A DNA stretch of 64,000 nt. Source: Thermoanaerobaculia bacterium (GTDB lineage: Bacteria; Acidobacteriota; Thermoanaerobaculia; Multivoradales; UBA5704). Positions 8,582 through 17,581 of this stretch are shown here, in pieces. Position numbers and translations under genes: made by a program. Location of the stretch: positions 4,665 to 68,664 of the forward strand of contig DASPXX010000275.1 in NCBI GenBank assembly GCA_035637095.1, written 5' to 3'. Within the stretch, counting starts at the first letter, position 1. Every line of letters begins with the position of its first letter. The notes below the pieces were generated by a model. It was given only the letters and a program-made list of their open reading frames with translations. It did not search any database and was not told the origin of the DNA.

Positions 8582-9157
8582 CTGAGCGCACTCGCCCTCC
8601 CTCCGGCCGATCTGAAGGGTTTTCCGTCCCTCGAGCTCACCGGAGCTCGGCTCTACCGCATCCATCGAGCCGACCGCACCCCCTGGTGGTTCTCGAGCGA
8701 CGGCACCGGCCGCTTCGACCTGCCCGCGGGAAGTGGTCGGGGTACGTGCTACCTCGCAGAGGAACCGGTGGGTTGCTTCGTCGAAGTCTTTCGCTTCTGG
8801 ATGCTGGTGCCCGAGACCGAGATCGTGGTCCGCCGCCTCGCCCGCCTCGTCATTCCTCCAGTGCTCCTGGCCGACTGCACGTCCAGCCGCTGCCGCAGGT
8901 TCGGCCTCACCGGAGAAATCCATTCGACTCCTGAATATACCGTCACCCAGGCGTGGGCAGCCGCTTTGGCCGCTGCCGGCTTCGGCGGCATCCGTTACCT
9001 CCTGCGCCACGATCCTGGTCAGCTCCTGACCGGCATCGCCCTCTTCGGTCCCGCTGGCGTGGCCGGATGGCCGTTCGACCCCAGTGAGCCGATCGGTCCC
9101 GGCGTGATTGAGGAAGCCGAGCAGCGGTTCGGCGTACGGGTGATGCCGACACCATGA
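8582..9157 (+). CDS. RES-domain toxin (MbcT/ParT/Res family); start codon uncertain
   Basis: Motif text: ...LYRIHRA...GRFDLPAGSGRGTCYLAEEPVGCFVEVF...GFGGIRYLLRH...GIALFG. No in-frame ATG/GTG lies between the antitoxin stop (8565-8567) and the conserved N-terminus. CTG at 8582 is used as a provisional start. The stop overlaps the permease ATG (ATGA). Confidence 0.75.
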   Translation: MSALALPPADLKGFPSLELTGARLYRIHRADRTPWWFSSDGTGRFDLPAGSGRGTCYLAEEPVGCFVEVFRFWMLVPETEIVVRRLARLVIPPVLLADCTSSRCRRFGLTGEIHSTPEYTVTQAWAAALAAAGFGGIRYLLRHDPGQLLTGIALFGPAGVAGWPFDPSEPIGPGVIEEAEQRFGVRVMPTP

Positions 9158-9963
9158 TCGCGCCGCGCTGGCCCTCCCGCCTCTTCGGGCTTTCCGCGAT
9201 GGGGCCGCCTCTGGTGGTGATCCTGCTGTGTCTGGCGGCCTGGGAGGGGCTGGTGCGGTGGCGGCAGATTCCCGATTACATCCTGCCGGGGCCGCTGCGG
9301 ATCGCCTCCGCCCTCGTCGAGAGCTGGCCGGCGCTCTACCCGTCGCTCCTGTTCACTCTCGCGGTGACCGGCGAGGCCCTCGTCGCCGCGGTGGTCCTGG
9401 GAGGTGCCCTGGCGGTCGTCCTGGCGCAATCCCGCTGGATCGAGCGGAGCTTCTTCCCGCTCGCGGTGGTTCTGCAGGTCACACCGATTGTCGCGATCGC
9501 CCCGCTCATCCTCATCTGGGTCCGCGACGTCCGGCTCGCCCTCGTGCTCTGCGCCGGAATCGTGGCGTTTTTCCCGGTCGTCGCGAACACCACCCTGGGT
9601 CTCAACAGCGCCGACCACAATCTCCTCGACCTGCTGCGGCTCTACGGCGCGTCGCGCTCGCAGACGTTCCGGCGGGTGCGGCTGCCCGGCGCGCTGCCCT
9701 ACTTTTTGGGCGGCTTGCGGATCAGCGGCGGTCTCGCGCTCATCGGAGCCGTGGTGGCGGAATTCGTCGCGGGGAGCGGAGGCACCGAATCCGGCTTGGC
9801 CTGGCGCATCCTGGAGGCGGGCTACAATCTCGAGATTCCCCGGATGTTCGCCGCGCTGGCTCTCCTCTCCGCCGCCGGAGTGCTGCTCTGGGCCATGCTA
9901 TCCGGCCTCTCCTGGCTCCTCCTGCACCGCTGGCACGAGAGCGCGGTGCGGCGAGAGGGGTGA
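9154..9963 (+). CDS. ABC transporter permease (NitT/TauT type)
   Basis: 269 aa, 6 TM segments, BPD_transp_1-like EAA region (...LRLYGASRSQTFRRVRLPGALPYF...). Confidence 0.9.
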   Translation: MIAPRWPSRLFGLSAMGPPLVVILLCLAAWEGLVRWRQIPDYILPGPLRIASALVESWPALYPSLLFTLAVTGEALVAAVVLGGALAVVLAQSRWIERSFFPLAVVLQVTPIVAIAPLILIWVRDVRLALVLCAGIVAFFPVVANTTLGLNSADHNLLDLLRLYGASRSQTFRRVRLPGALPYFLGGLRISGGLALIGAVVAEFVAGSGGTESGLAWRILEAGYNLEIPRMFAALALLSAAGVLLWAMLSGLSWLLLHRWHESAVRREG

Positions 9964-10034
9964 GGAGGGCTCAGCCCAGTCATTCGTACGACTGGACTCT
10001 TGATGGTCATACGACTCGGCGTTAGGCTGAGGTC

Positions 10035-10271
10035 TTGATGAGGAAATCTCGTGCCGTGACCGTATCTGAGCTACGACAGAACATCTACCATCTCCTGGAC
10101 CAGGTGCTCGACACCGGAGTACCGCTGGAAATCGAACGTAATGGGAGAAGGCTGCGCATCTCCCCGGAGTCGCCGCAGGACAAGCTCGCCAATCTGAAGC
10201 AGCGGGATTGTCTGGTCGGCGACCCGGAAGAGATCGTCCACATCGACTGGTCGCAGGAATGGCGCCTCTGA
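10035..10271 (+). CDS. Phd/YefM-type antitoxin, apparently orphan
   Basis: 78 aa. RAVTVSELRQNIYHLLDQVLDTGVPLEIERNGRRLRI is the typical Phd/YefM N-domain. No toxin ORF follows, because the MFS gene ends at 10317 on the other strand. Confidence 0.7.
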   Translation: MMRKSRAVTVSELRQNIYHLLDQVLDTGVPLEIERNGRRLRISPESPQDKLANLKQRDCLVGDPEEIVHIDWSQEWRL

Positions 10272-10316
10272 TCTACCTCGCGCTGGCCGAATGATTCTCT
10301 GGAGGCCGGCGCGGGC

Positions 10317-11555
10317 TCAAGCGGTCACTGCGCTGCTTTGGCCTTCCGGCGCAGCCGCGTCGATGTCCACGGTCAGCCAGAGGAGCGCGGCCGCGAGGCA
10401 GGCTCCAGACCAGAACACCAGCGTTCCGTTCCACCCCCACGCGGCGGACATCCTCGGTACGAGCCAGATGGAGAGGACGCCTCCCAGGTTTCCCATCAGG
10501 TTGAGCACGCCGGCTGCCGAGCCTGGATTCTCCTCCCCGAGGGCTGTCGCGGTCATGAAGAACGGTCCCTCGGCCCCGTTCACGCATGCAGTCGACAGGC
10601 TCAGAGCGAGGATGGCGAGGATCGCGCTCGGGAGGACCGCCCCGGCGGTCACGAAACACGCGGCGGAAAACAGGCACGCCATCGCGGCGCGGCGGCGGGC
10701 CCGCGCGGTTCCGATGCGACGGCCGAGGCGATCGGTCGCCACTCCGATGAGAGGCGCGATCACGAACGCGGCAAGGTTGGGCAGCCCGCCCCACCGTCCG
10801 CCAGCGAGGATGGTGAAGCCGCGCCCCTCCGTCAGATAGCGGAAAAACCAGAACACGAACACAAACCACACAGCGGAGTGCAGCAGATAGGCGAGCGAAA
10901 GGCGCAGCAGAGGGACGTTGCTCCCGAGAATGCGCAGCTCGGACAGCACGCTGCGCCGCGCCCGGAGCCCCTGCAGCTCCGCATGCGGCGGCCGCGGCGG
11001 CATCAGCGCCGCCCAAGCCAGTGCGGTGATGCCCGCGATGGCACCGCTGAGCGCGAACACCGCGCGCCAGCCGAACCTCTCCATGATCGGTGCCATCAAG
11101 AGCGGGGCCGCCGCGGCACCGAGGCTCGCCGCGGCTATATAGATGGCGGTCGCGCGCACGCGTTCCGTCACCGGTACGTAGATCATGACCGCCATGGCGG
11201 CCACGGGGAAGACCGCGGCCTGGGCGATGCCGAGCAGCACCCGGGTGGACACGAGCACCAGGACGGCTCCCTCGCCGGGCATGGCGCTCGTGATGAACGA
11301 CGCGGCGCTGCAGCCGGTGAGCGCGAGCGCGAGAGCCGTCCGCGCACCAAGGCGCTCGCCGAACATGCCGGCCGGTACTTGAAACAGGGCGTAGGAGAGC
11401 TGGAAGCCCCACGCGGTGATGGCACCCATCGCGATTATCGTGAGCCCCACGGCCGGCACCATCCGCTCTTGCGCCACCGCGACGTCCGCACGCACGAGGT
11501 AGGCGACCCCTGTGACGAGGCTGAGGAGAAGGATGACGCGCCAGTGAGGCGGCAT
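10317..11555 (-). CDS. MFS transporter
   Basis: 412 aa and about 12 TM segments. MFS-like loop ...PAGMFGERLGAR... Confidence 0.9.
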   Translation of the reverse strand: MPPHWRVILLLSLVTGVAYLVRADVAVAQERMVPAVGLTIIAMGAITAWGFQLSYALFQVPAGMFGERLGARTALALALTGCSAASFITSAMPGEGAVLVLVSTRVLLGIAQAAVFPVAAMAVMIYVPVTERVRATAIYIAAASLGAAAAPLLMAPIMERFGWRAVFALSGAIAGITALAWAALMPPRPPHAELQGLRARRSVLSELRILGSNVPLLRLSLAYLLHSAVWFVFVFWFFRYLTEGRGFTILAGGRWGGLPNLAAFVIAPLIGVATDRLGRRIGTARARRRAAMACLFSAACFVTAGAVLPSAILAILALSLSTACVNGAEGPFFMTATALGEENPGSAAGVLNLMGNLGGVLSIWLVPRMSAAWGWNGTLVFWSGACLAAALLWLTVDIDAAAPEGQSSAVTA

Positions 11556-11688
11556 GAAGTTGCCTGGGGTTCTTGCGGATCAGCGAAGGGACTTCTTCAC
11601 GGGCGGTATCATAACCCGCTCCTCTGGTCCGGCGTTTGCATTGGATCTTCCCCGCAGGTCAAACCAACGGAAAGGGAGGGACAGAACG

Positions 11689-11838
11689 ATGCTTTGGACC
11701 ATTCTCGTGATCCTGCTGGTGCTCTGGGCGCTCGGCTTCCTGGTGTTCCATGTCGGTAGCGGGCTGATCCACCTTCTTCTCGTAATCGCCGTGATCGTGT
11801 TGGTCGTCCGGTTGCTCCAGGGGCGACGACCTCTCTAG
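11689..11838 (+). CDS. lmo0937-family small membrane protein (49 aa)
   Basis: MLWTILVILLVLWALGFLVFHVGSGLIHLLLVIAVIVLVVRLLQGRRPL matches the conserved two-TM lmo0937-type sequence. SD AAAGGGAGGG lies 8 nt upstream of the ATG at 11689. Confidence 0.8.
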   Translation: MLWTILVILLVLWALGFLVFHVGSGLIHLLLVIAVIVLVVRLLQGRRPL

Positions 11839-11841
11839 CGG

Positions 11842-12240
11842 GTGCGCTGGCCTCGGGCGGACGCTATACTTCCGGGGCCGTCGTGCGCTTCGCGGCGCGG
11901 CGGCCTTTCCCGGAGGACTCCGACGCCGCGAACCGTTGCGAGGTTGCTGTTCTCGTGTTCCCTTCTCCTGCTGCCCGCGCTTCCCATGCTGGGCGATCCG
12001 GCCCAGCCGGCCGGAGCGTGCACGACGAACGCCCAATGCGGCGAGAAGGAGTTCTGCGCCAAGCTCTTCAACAGCTGTGACCAGACCGGCATCTGCGAGG
12101 AGCGACCGACGGATTGCACCGAGCACGGCAGGATGCACATCCAGCCGGTCTGCGGCTGCGACGGCAAGCCGTACGACAACGCCTGCCTGGCCGCCACGGC
12201 CGGCACGAGCGTGAAGAGCGAGGGGAAGTGCCCGGCGTAG
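11842..12240 (+). CDS. secreted Kazal-type protease-inhibitor-domain protein
   Basis: Hydrophobic leader (LLFSCSLLLLPALPMLG), then the Cys pattern ...CTEHGRMHIQPVCGCDGKPYDNACLAATAGTSVKSEGKC, which is Kazal-like (PVCG-DG-Y-N-C). The start may instead be TTG at 11944. Confidence 0.7.
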   Translation: MRWPRADAILPGPSCASRRGGLSRRTPTPRTVARLLFSCSLLLLPALPMLGDPAQPAGACTTNAQCGEKEFCAKLFNSCDQTGICEERPTDCTEHGRMHIQPVCGCDGKPYDNACLAATAGTSVKSEGKCPA

Positions 12241-12269
12241 CCTGACCAGGCAGCATCCACAGACTCTGT

Positions 12270-13115
12270 TCAACGGGGCGCGACGCTCGAGATCCCGGCT
12301 CCGCCGGGTCGGCCTCGACGACCACTTCGTCGAGAGACCCGCCGCATCTCGGCGATCAGCCGGGGCGACGTGGAACGGTCCCAGGGCCGGCGGTCGAAAT
12401 CGCCCCACGTGTGTGCGATCTCCAGACCGGCGGACCGGGATCGTTCCGCGAGCTCGTCGAGAGACCAGAGAAGGGAGGGGAAGGATGCGCCGGCTTCGAG
12501 GCGGCCGTCCACCCGGTATTCGAAGCGGGTGGTGCAGGACCGGCTGGCGTCGCACTGCCAGAGCTCCCGCACGGCGAGGCCTTCGTCCCCCTCCCGTTCT
12601 TCCACCAGTCCACCGGCCTGGGCCGCGCGACGGCGCTCGGGAGGAAACCAGGCAGCATCCAGAAGAAAGCGCCCGCCGGGAGCCAGATGCCTGGCCGCAC
12701 GATCGAAGGCGCGTTTCCGGTCCTCCTCCTCCGTCAGGTGGACGAAGGGATCATCCACCGCCGCGATCAGGTCGAAGCGCTCGGCGAGCTCCAGGGTCCG
12801 CAGGTCGGCGACCAGACACGAGACATGGGGCTGGCCGGCGAAACGGCGCCGGGCGATGGCGATCATCTCCGGCGCGAGATCGAAGGCCACCACGCGCGCG
12901 GCCGTCCGGGCGAGAAACCGCGTCGCCCGTCCCGTCCCCGCTCCTACCTCCAGCACCCGGCAACCGGCCGGCTCGCTCGCCGCCCAGGTCCAGAAGTCCT
13001 CATCGCCCCGGTCCTTGAGCTCGGCTTCATAGAAAGGAAGGACGCGGTGATAATACTCCCGGATCTCGGCGCCGGTTCCGGCCCCTCTCGTCCGCATGGA
13101 TGAGAGAGGTTGCAA
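12270..13115 (-). CDS. class I SAM-dependent methyltransferase
   Basis: Motif I VLEVGAGTGRATRFLA, followed by VVAFDLAPEMIAIARRR. Confidence 0.85.
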   Translation of the reverse strand: MQPLSSMRTRGAGTGAEIREYYHRVLPFYEAELKDRGDEDFWTWAASEPAGCRVLEVGAGTGRATRFLARTAARVVAFDLAPEMIAIARRRFAGQPHVSCLVADLRTLELAERFDLIAAVDDPFVHLTEEEDRKRAFDRAARHLAPGGRFLLDAAWFPPERRRAAQAGGLVEEREGDEGLAVRELWQCDASRSCTTRFEYRVDGRLEAGASFPSLLWSLDELAERSRSAGLEIAHTWGDFDRRPWDRSTSPRLIAEMRRVSRRSGRRGRPGGAGISSVAPR

Positions 13116-13142
13116 TGATCGGGCCGGCCAAACGCCTGCCGG

Positions 13143-13397
13143 TCAGTAGTGATAGCGGAGCTGAGCGATCAGCACCGAGTCATCCTGGATCTTGTAGACG
13201 ATCCTGTGCTCGTCGTTGATGCGGCGCGACCAGTAGCCCTGAAAAGCATGCTTCAGCGGCTCGGGCTTCCCGAGCCCGCTGAACGGCTCGCGCTGGATCT
13301 CACGAATGAGGCGATTGATTCTGGCAACCAGGTTGCGGTCGGTCTCCTGCCAGTACAAGTAGTCTTCCCAAGCCCTCTCGGAGAAGATGAGCTTCAC
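13143..13397 (-). CDS. yoeB: YoeB/Txe-family toxin
   Basis: 84 aa. [50 protein letters not shown]...[13 protein letters not shown]...LRYHY is canonical YoeB. 4-nt overlap with yefM. Confidence 0.95.
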   Translation of the reverse strand: MKLIFSERAWEDYLYWQETDRNLVARINRLIREIQREPFSGLGKPEPLKHAFQGYWSRRINDEHRIVYKIQDDSVLIAQLRYHY

Positions 13398-13645
13398 TCG
13401 GCCAGCTCTCGTTCCGTGCCGCCGCCACGTTCGAGCTCAGCGATCGCCTCGATCAGACGCCTTGCGTTCTTGGGGCTGCGCAGGAGATATGCCGTCTCTT
13501 CCAGGGACTTGTAGTCTTCGAGCGAGAGCAGCACCACCGACGCTTCACCGCTCCGGGTGATGATGACGGGTTCGTGGCTCTCGCAGACATGGTCCATGGT
13601 CTTGGCCAATTGTGCCCGCGCTTTGGTATAGGAGATCGAATCCAT
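13394..13645 (-). CDS. yefM: YefM-family antitoxin
   Basis: 83 aa. [31 protein letters not shown]...[18 protein letters not shown] is canonical YefM. Confidence 0.95.
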   Translation of the reverse strand: MDSISYTKARAQLAKTMDHVCESHEPVIITRSGEASVVLLSLEDYKSLEETAYLLRSPKNARRLIEAIAELERGGGTERELAE

Positions 13646-13778
13646 CGTGAGTCACCTCTGAGTACGTACAGGAAACTGTACGTCCCGAGGCGCGGGAAGT
13701 CAAAGGTTTACCCCTGCATCCCCGCCGGGCCGGCCGGGCAGCCCCTTCCGCCGGGCAAGGGTGATAGCATTCTGGGGT

Positions 13779-14039
13779 ATGTTGAGGACGATCGAAGGCG
13801 TCTACCGAGAGGGCAAGGTCGAGTTGGCCGAGCGGCCGAACGACGTGGGCGAGGACGCGCCGGTTCTGGTGACCTTCCTGGAGCCGCACCGCGTCGACCT
13901 CAGGGCGCACGGGATCGACGAGGCGCACGCGGCTGACCTGCGAGCCCGGCTCTCGACTTTCGCCGCGGACTGGGATGGTACGGAGATGGGCGTCTATAAC
14001 GACTACGACACCGCGAGGGCCAGGCTGCAGGCGGGGTGA
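13779..14039 (+). CDS. putative antitoxin partner of MazF (DUF104-like N-terminus)
   Basis: MLRTIEGVYREGKVELAERP... resembles small antitoxin-family proteins. The stop (14037-14039) abuts or overlaps the MazF-like ORF. Confidence 0.55.
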   Translation: MLRTIEGVYREGKVELAERPNDVGEDAPVLVTFLEPHRVDLRAHGIDEAHAADLRARLSTFAADWDGTEMGVYNDYDTARARLQAG

Positions 14040-14364
14040 CGTGGCCCTGGTCGTCTTTCCGGATTCCAACCTGCGAACAGCCAAGCTCCGACCGGTCCTG
14101 GTCGTCCAAGCGGACGACCTGAGGACAGGCCATTCACAGGTCATCGTCGCGATGATCACCAGCAATCTCTCGCGGGCCGGCCATGCGAGCCGCGTCAAGA
14201 TTCTCCGCGCAGCCGCCGAAGGCCGACAGTCCGGGCTGCTCACCGACTCCGTCGTGATGACCGACAACCTCGCCACAGTCACCGATACCGAGATCCACCG
14301 GGTTGTGGGCAGCTTGCCGATGGACAAGGTGGAGCAGGCTCTGCGGCACACACTGGCCCTGTAG
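13975..14364 (+). CDS. MazF/PemK-family endoribonuclease toxin
   Basis: ...RRGDVALVVFPDSNLRTAKLRPVLVVQAD...VIVAMITSNL...LLTDSVVMTDNLATV... matches the PemK/MazF fold signature. The start is ambiguous (ATG 13975 or GTG 14041). Confidence 0.8.
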   Translation: MVRRWASITTTTPRGPGCRRGDVALVVFPDSNLRTAKLRPVLVVQADDLRTGHSQVIVAMITSNLSRAGHASRVKILRAAAEGRQSGLLTDSVVMTDNLATVTDTEIHRVVGSLPMDKVEQALRHTLAL

Positions 14365-14375
14365 CCGGGACGGAT

Positions 14376-14890
14376 TCACGGAACGCCGAGCGAAGAGAAG
14401 AGGCAAGAGAGCCGGCGAGGCGCCGCCTGCCCTGCCCCCGCCCCGCTCCCCAGCGCGTGGCGGAGCCACTTGCCCTGGGCTCCCTTCGTCATCTTCTGCA
14501 TCTGCTCGTACTGCTTGAGGAGGCAGTTGATCTCGGTGACCGAGGTGCCCGAACCCATGGAGATGCGGCGCTTGCGGCTACCGTTCAGGGTGTCCGGCCG
14601 GTTACGCTCCTGCGGCGTCATCGAGTTGATGATCGCCTCGACTCGGCGCAGGCCTCCCTCGTCGACGTTCGCGGAGTCGAACCCCGGACCGACCTTCGGC
14701 AGCATCTCCATGACCGAGGCGGCGGATCTGGCGCAGCTGGTCGCGCAGGTCTTCCAGGGTGAACTGGTTCTTGACCATGCGCTGGGCGATACGCCGCGTC
14801 TCCGCTGAATCGAGCCCGCGCTCGGCCTTCTCGATGAGCGACATGATGTCGCCCATGCCGATCACCCGCGAGGCCGTGCGGCGCGGAAGA
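14376..14890 (-). pseudogene. ffh 3'-end fragment (SRP54 M-domain remnant), frameshifted duplicate
   Basis: 14427-14886 aligns with 18597-19078 (the 3' end of intact ffh). Most positions are identical. The fragment carries a 6-nt and a 14-nt deletion, the latter splitting the frame into ORFs 14376..14711 and 14602..14865. Confidence 0.85.
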
Positions 14891-15120
14891 TCTGCAGCCG
14901 CCGCGAGGCGCCCCGCATCCCAAGCTTTTAGCGAACCCTCCTCACTTTGGCGGCCACCTAGCCCGAGGAATCAGCTATGATCGGTCTGGGTAGCATCGGC
15001 CCGAACGGGGCCGAGCTCAACCCTGCTCCCTACTGTCGTAGCACACATCTGCCCTGCCGAGGACGTGGGGCTCTCATGGCGGACAGCCGGTAGCGTATGA
15101 GTTGACGGAGATACAAAGCG

Positions 15121-17028
15121 ATGGATGCAAAAGCCAAGGAAATTCTCGAGGTTCTTCGTGCTCACGGAACACTCTCGAAAGATGAGATCGTTACTACCTG
15201 GAGTCTCAGAGAACCTGAATATATCGCATTGAGGCACGCTCTAGCGTCAGCTCAAGATGTGGAGTCCGGCCCACGAAAGGTCGGTGGTTTTCGTATCAAG
15301 GCCCGACGCAGCCCTCTCCCGACGGAGACTCCAGAGGGTTCAACACCAATACCGGGTGCAAGTTGGGAAGCCATGGCTGTGAATAGATTATCTGAGCTGT
15401 TGCAACATAGGGAGCTAGAGGACCTTCTGGGAAATCTCGTATACACAGTCCGATTGGCACGAAAGACCGCGACTGGACAGGATCGGCGTGGCACGAAAGA
15501 GGAGCTCGGACATGCGTTGGTTATCAAGCATGGGATCGACCTCTTCCGTGATGGAGAGGTTCGCGCAATCGTTGCCCGCAAATGTGGCCTTCGCGAGCCA
15601 TCCAGATGGCATCCAGGAAAGACTGCGGCACTAGAGTTCGTGCGGCAGGCAGGATTTCCCTCCGATCTAGCCGGTATTCCGAGTGACGATCCACCCGAGG
15701 ATTTCGAATATCTCGAGGGGCGCCTTGATCTTAAGCCGTTGCAGGATTTTCAGGAAGACGTCAAGCGCCAACTAGTCACAACGTTAAACCTACCTAACGG
15801 CCGCGCCATCGTTACGTTGCCTACTGGCGCTGGCAAAACCCGCGTCGCCGTCGAAAGTATCCGCGACTGGCTTACCACTCGTTATGCGTCGCAGACTGCG
15901 AAGGCATCAGCAGTGCTCTGGCTCGCGCATTCGGGAGAACTATGCGAACAGGCATATACAGAGTTCCGACAGGTCTGGCAGGCCTCTGCTTCGGTTTGCC
16001 CCCTGCTTCTATTTCGTTTTTGGGGAAACTTTACGCAAGACTTGGCGGCTCATCGCGAGGCGCTAGCAGATATCCTTTGCCGACCAAGCGTCCTGGTTTC
16101 GACTCCTCAGCGCGTGGTAAACCTTCTCGCAGATCCCGGACCAGCCGAAAAAGCATTGCTGAACAACCTCCTTACCGCCACTTGTCTCGTGATTGTCGAC
16201 GAGGCTCATCGCGCAGCGGCGCCCTCTTACACTCGGATCCTGAACTTCTTTGCCGCGTCTCCATCTCCTCTTCCCATAGTTGGGCTAACGGCCACTCCAT
16301 TCCGTACGGAATATCTCTCCGATGGTGAGGCCGGTACGCGCGAGCTAGCCTCACTCTTTGGTACGCTCATCGAGTCCCGGTCGGTTCTGGGTGAAAACCC
16401 TCGCGAAACCCTGCAAACCCGCGGAGTCTTGGCCCGCCCCGTAGTCGAAACTATATTAACGTCGACAGTTCTCGAGGCTCCGCCAGTCCCTGATCAAAAT
16501 GCTATCACCGAAACTGACATCGAAACCATCGATCGTGCGCTTAACCTCCGGGCTGATAATCCACAGCGGCGGCTCGTGGTTTTTCGGCACATCCTACCAA
16601 TCTGCAGAGATCCAGAGAATTCCATCCTCTACTTCGGCCCTAGCATCTTAGATGCAGAGTGCATGGCCTTTCTCTTGCGCCAAGAGGGCATCTCTGCTGC
16701 CGTTCTCAGCGGCGGCACACGTGAGGTCACTAGGCGCAAGGCGGTAATGGATTTCAGGGCCGGACGCCTCCGCGTCCTGTGCAACTGTGAAGTACTTACG
16801 ACGGGATTCGATGCCCCCAGAGTTACCCATGTTGTAGTCGCCCGTCCTACAGTAAGTCGAGTTTTGTACGAGCAGATTGTTGGTCGCGGTCTACGTGGGA
16901 AGCTCTTTGGTGGAACTGACGAATGCGTGATCATCGACTGCGAGGACAACTATAAGTCAGAACGGCCTACACTTGGTTATCAATCATTTCGGCATATATG
17001 GTCACCAGTCGAGCGACACAGACAATAG
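15121..17028 (+). CDS. SF2 (DEAD/DEAH, ResIII-type) helicase with N-terminal wHTH-like plus unknown ~200-aa region
   Basis: 635 aa. Motif I LPTGAGKT, motif II VIVDEAH, motif III GLTATP, motif VI QIVGRGLRG. The N-terminus (KEILEVLRAHGTLSKDEIV) is wHTH-like. Markedly lower G+C than the surroundings. Confidence 0.9.
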   Translation: MDAKAKEILEVLRAHGTLSKDEIVTTWSLREPEYIALRHALASAQDVESGPRKVGGFRIKARRSPLPTETPEGSTPIPGASWEAMAVNRLSELLQHRELEDLLGNLVYTVRLARKTATGQDRRGTKEELGHALVIKHGIDLFRDGEVRAIVARKCGLREPSRWHPGKTAALEFVRQAGFPSDLAGIPSDDPPEDFEYLEGRLDLKPLQDFQEDVKRQLVTTLNLPNGRAIVTLPTGAGKTRVAVESIRDWLTTRYASQTAKASAVLWLAHSGELCEQAYTEFRQVWQASASVCPLLLFRFWGNFTQDLAAHREALADILCRPSVLVSTPQRVVNLLADPGPAEKALLNNLLTATCLVIVDEAHRAAAPSYTRILNFFAASPSPLPIVGLTATPFRTEYLSDGEAGTRELASLFGTLIESRSVLGENPRETLQTRGVLARPVVETILTSTVLEAPPVPDQNAITETDIETIDRALNLRADNPQRRLVVFRHILPICRDPENSILYFGPSILDAECMAFLLRQEGISAAVLSGGTREVTRRKAVMDFRAGRLRVLCNCEVLTTGFDAPRVTHVVVARPTVSRVLYEQIVGRGLRGKLFGGTDECVIIDCEDNYKSERPTLGYQSFRHIWSPVERHRQ

Positions 17029-17326
17029 GCCAGAAGAATCAACTGATGCGGTCGCCGCGCCGGTGGCGGCGGCGGCTACCTGGGGCTGTCTTTAACAAAC
17101 CTTATTTTCTTGGGTAGGTACCGGAAGACCGAAGCTTCTACCAGATCTCCTGCTGAGACGCTGGAACAGTTCTACAGGCGTTCCTTACCCCACGGCTGCC
17201 GTTCAGGACGCCCGGCTGGTTGCCTTCCTAGGGGGCGTAGGCGCCGAGCGTGACGGCCGAGTCGGTCAGCCGGAAGGTACTCACCGGGGTGCGGGATCTC
17301 GGTCCTCAACATCCCCGTCCCCTGGC

Positions 17327-17581
17327 TCAACAAAGCGGCGTGTCGATCATGTCGTAGCGGTCCGCCGGGCCGGTTTCCGGAGCGGGCGTGGCGATGAAGC
17401 CTGCCAGGCTCCCCGTCAACCTCTCGAACAGCTCGGCCATGTGGGTGGTGAACCGGGCCTGGGCCGCCGGACCCCGGCGCGCCGCCTCGCGAATGCGCCA
17501 GAGCGCGGCGCAGCCATGCGCTTTCTCATTTCGCGTGGGCTCTCTTCGCACCTGCCAGGGTCGGACCAGTGAGTTGAACAT
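17327..17581 (-). CDS. hypothetical ORF (84 aa), weakly supported
   Basis: ATG at 17581 is preceded by GGAGG at only 3-nt spacing. It overlaps the end of the XRE ORF by 56 nt. No family recognised. Confidence 0.2.
   Translation of the reverse strand: MFNSLVRPWQVRREPTRNEKAHGCAALWRIREAARRGPAAQARFTTHMAELFERLTGSLAGFIATPAPETGPADRYDMIDTPLC

Noticed and set aside
8201-9157. ATG at 8201 (or GTG at 8444) as the start of the RES toxin gene.
   Set aside because: Either would overlap the antitoxin gene by 124-366 nt and add Arg/Pro-rich nonsense-like residues. The true start remains unresolved (CTG 8582 used provisionally).
10268-10294. Nine-codon frame LIYLALAE* overlapping the Phd-type antitoxin stop, as a remnant of a VapC/PIN N-terminus (MIYLDT-like).
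   Set aside because: It is too short, lacks the catalytic Asp and starts with CTG. The resemblance could easily be chance.
17029-17326. Intergenic stretch after the helicase: possible ncRNA, or a terminator (GCCGCGCC-GGT-GGCGGCGGC followed by a T-rich run).
   Set aside because: The stem is imperfect and short, and I see no conserved-looking structure or promoter. There is insufficient evidence for a feature call.
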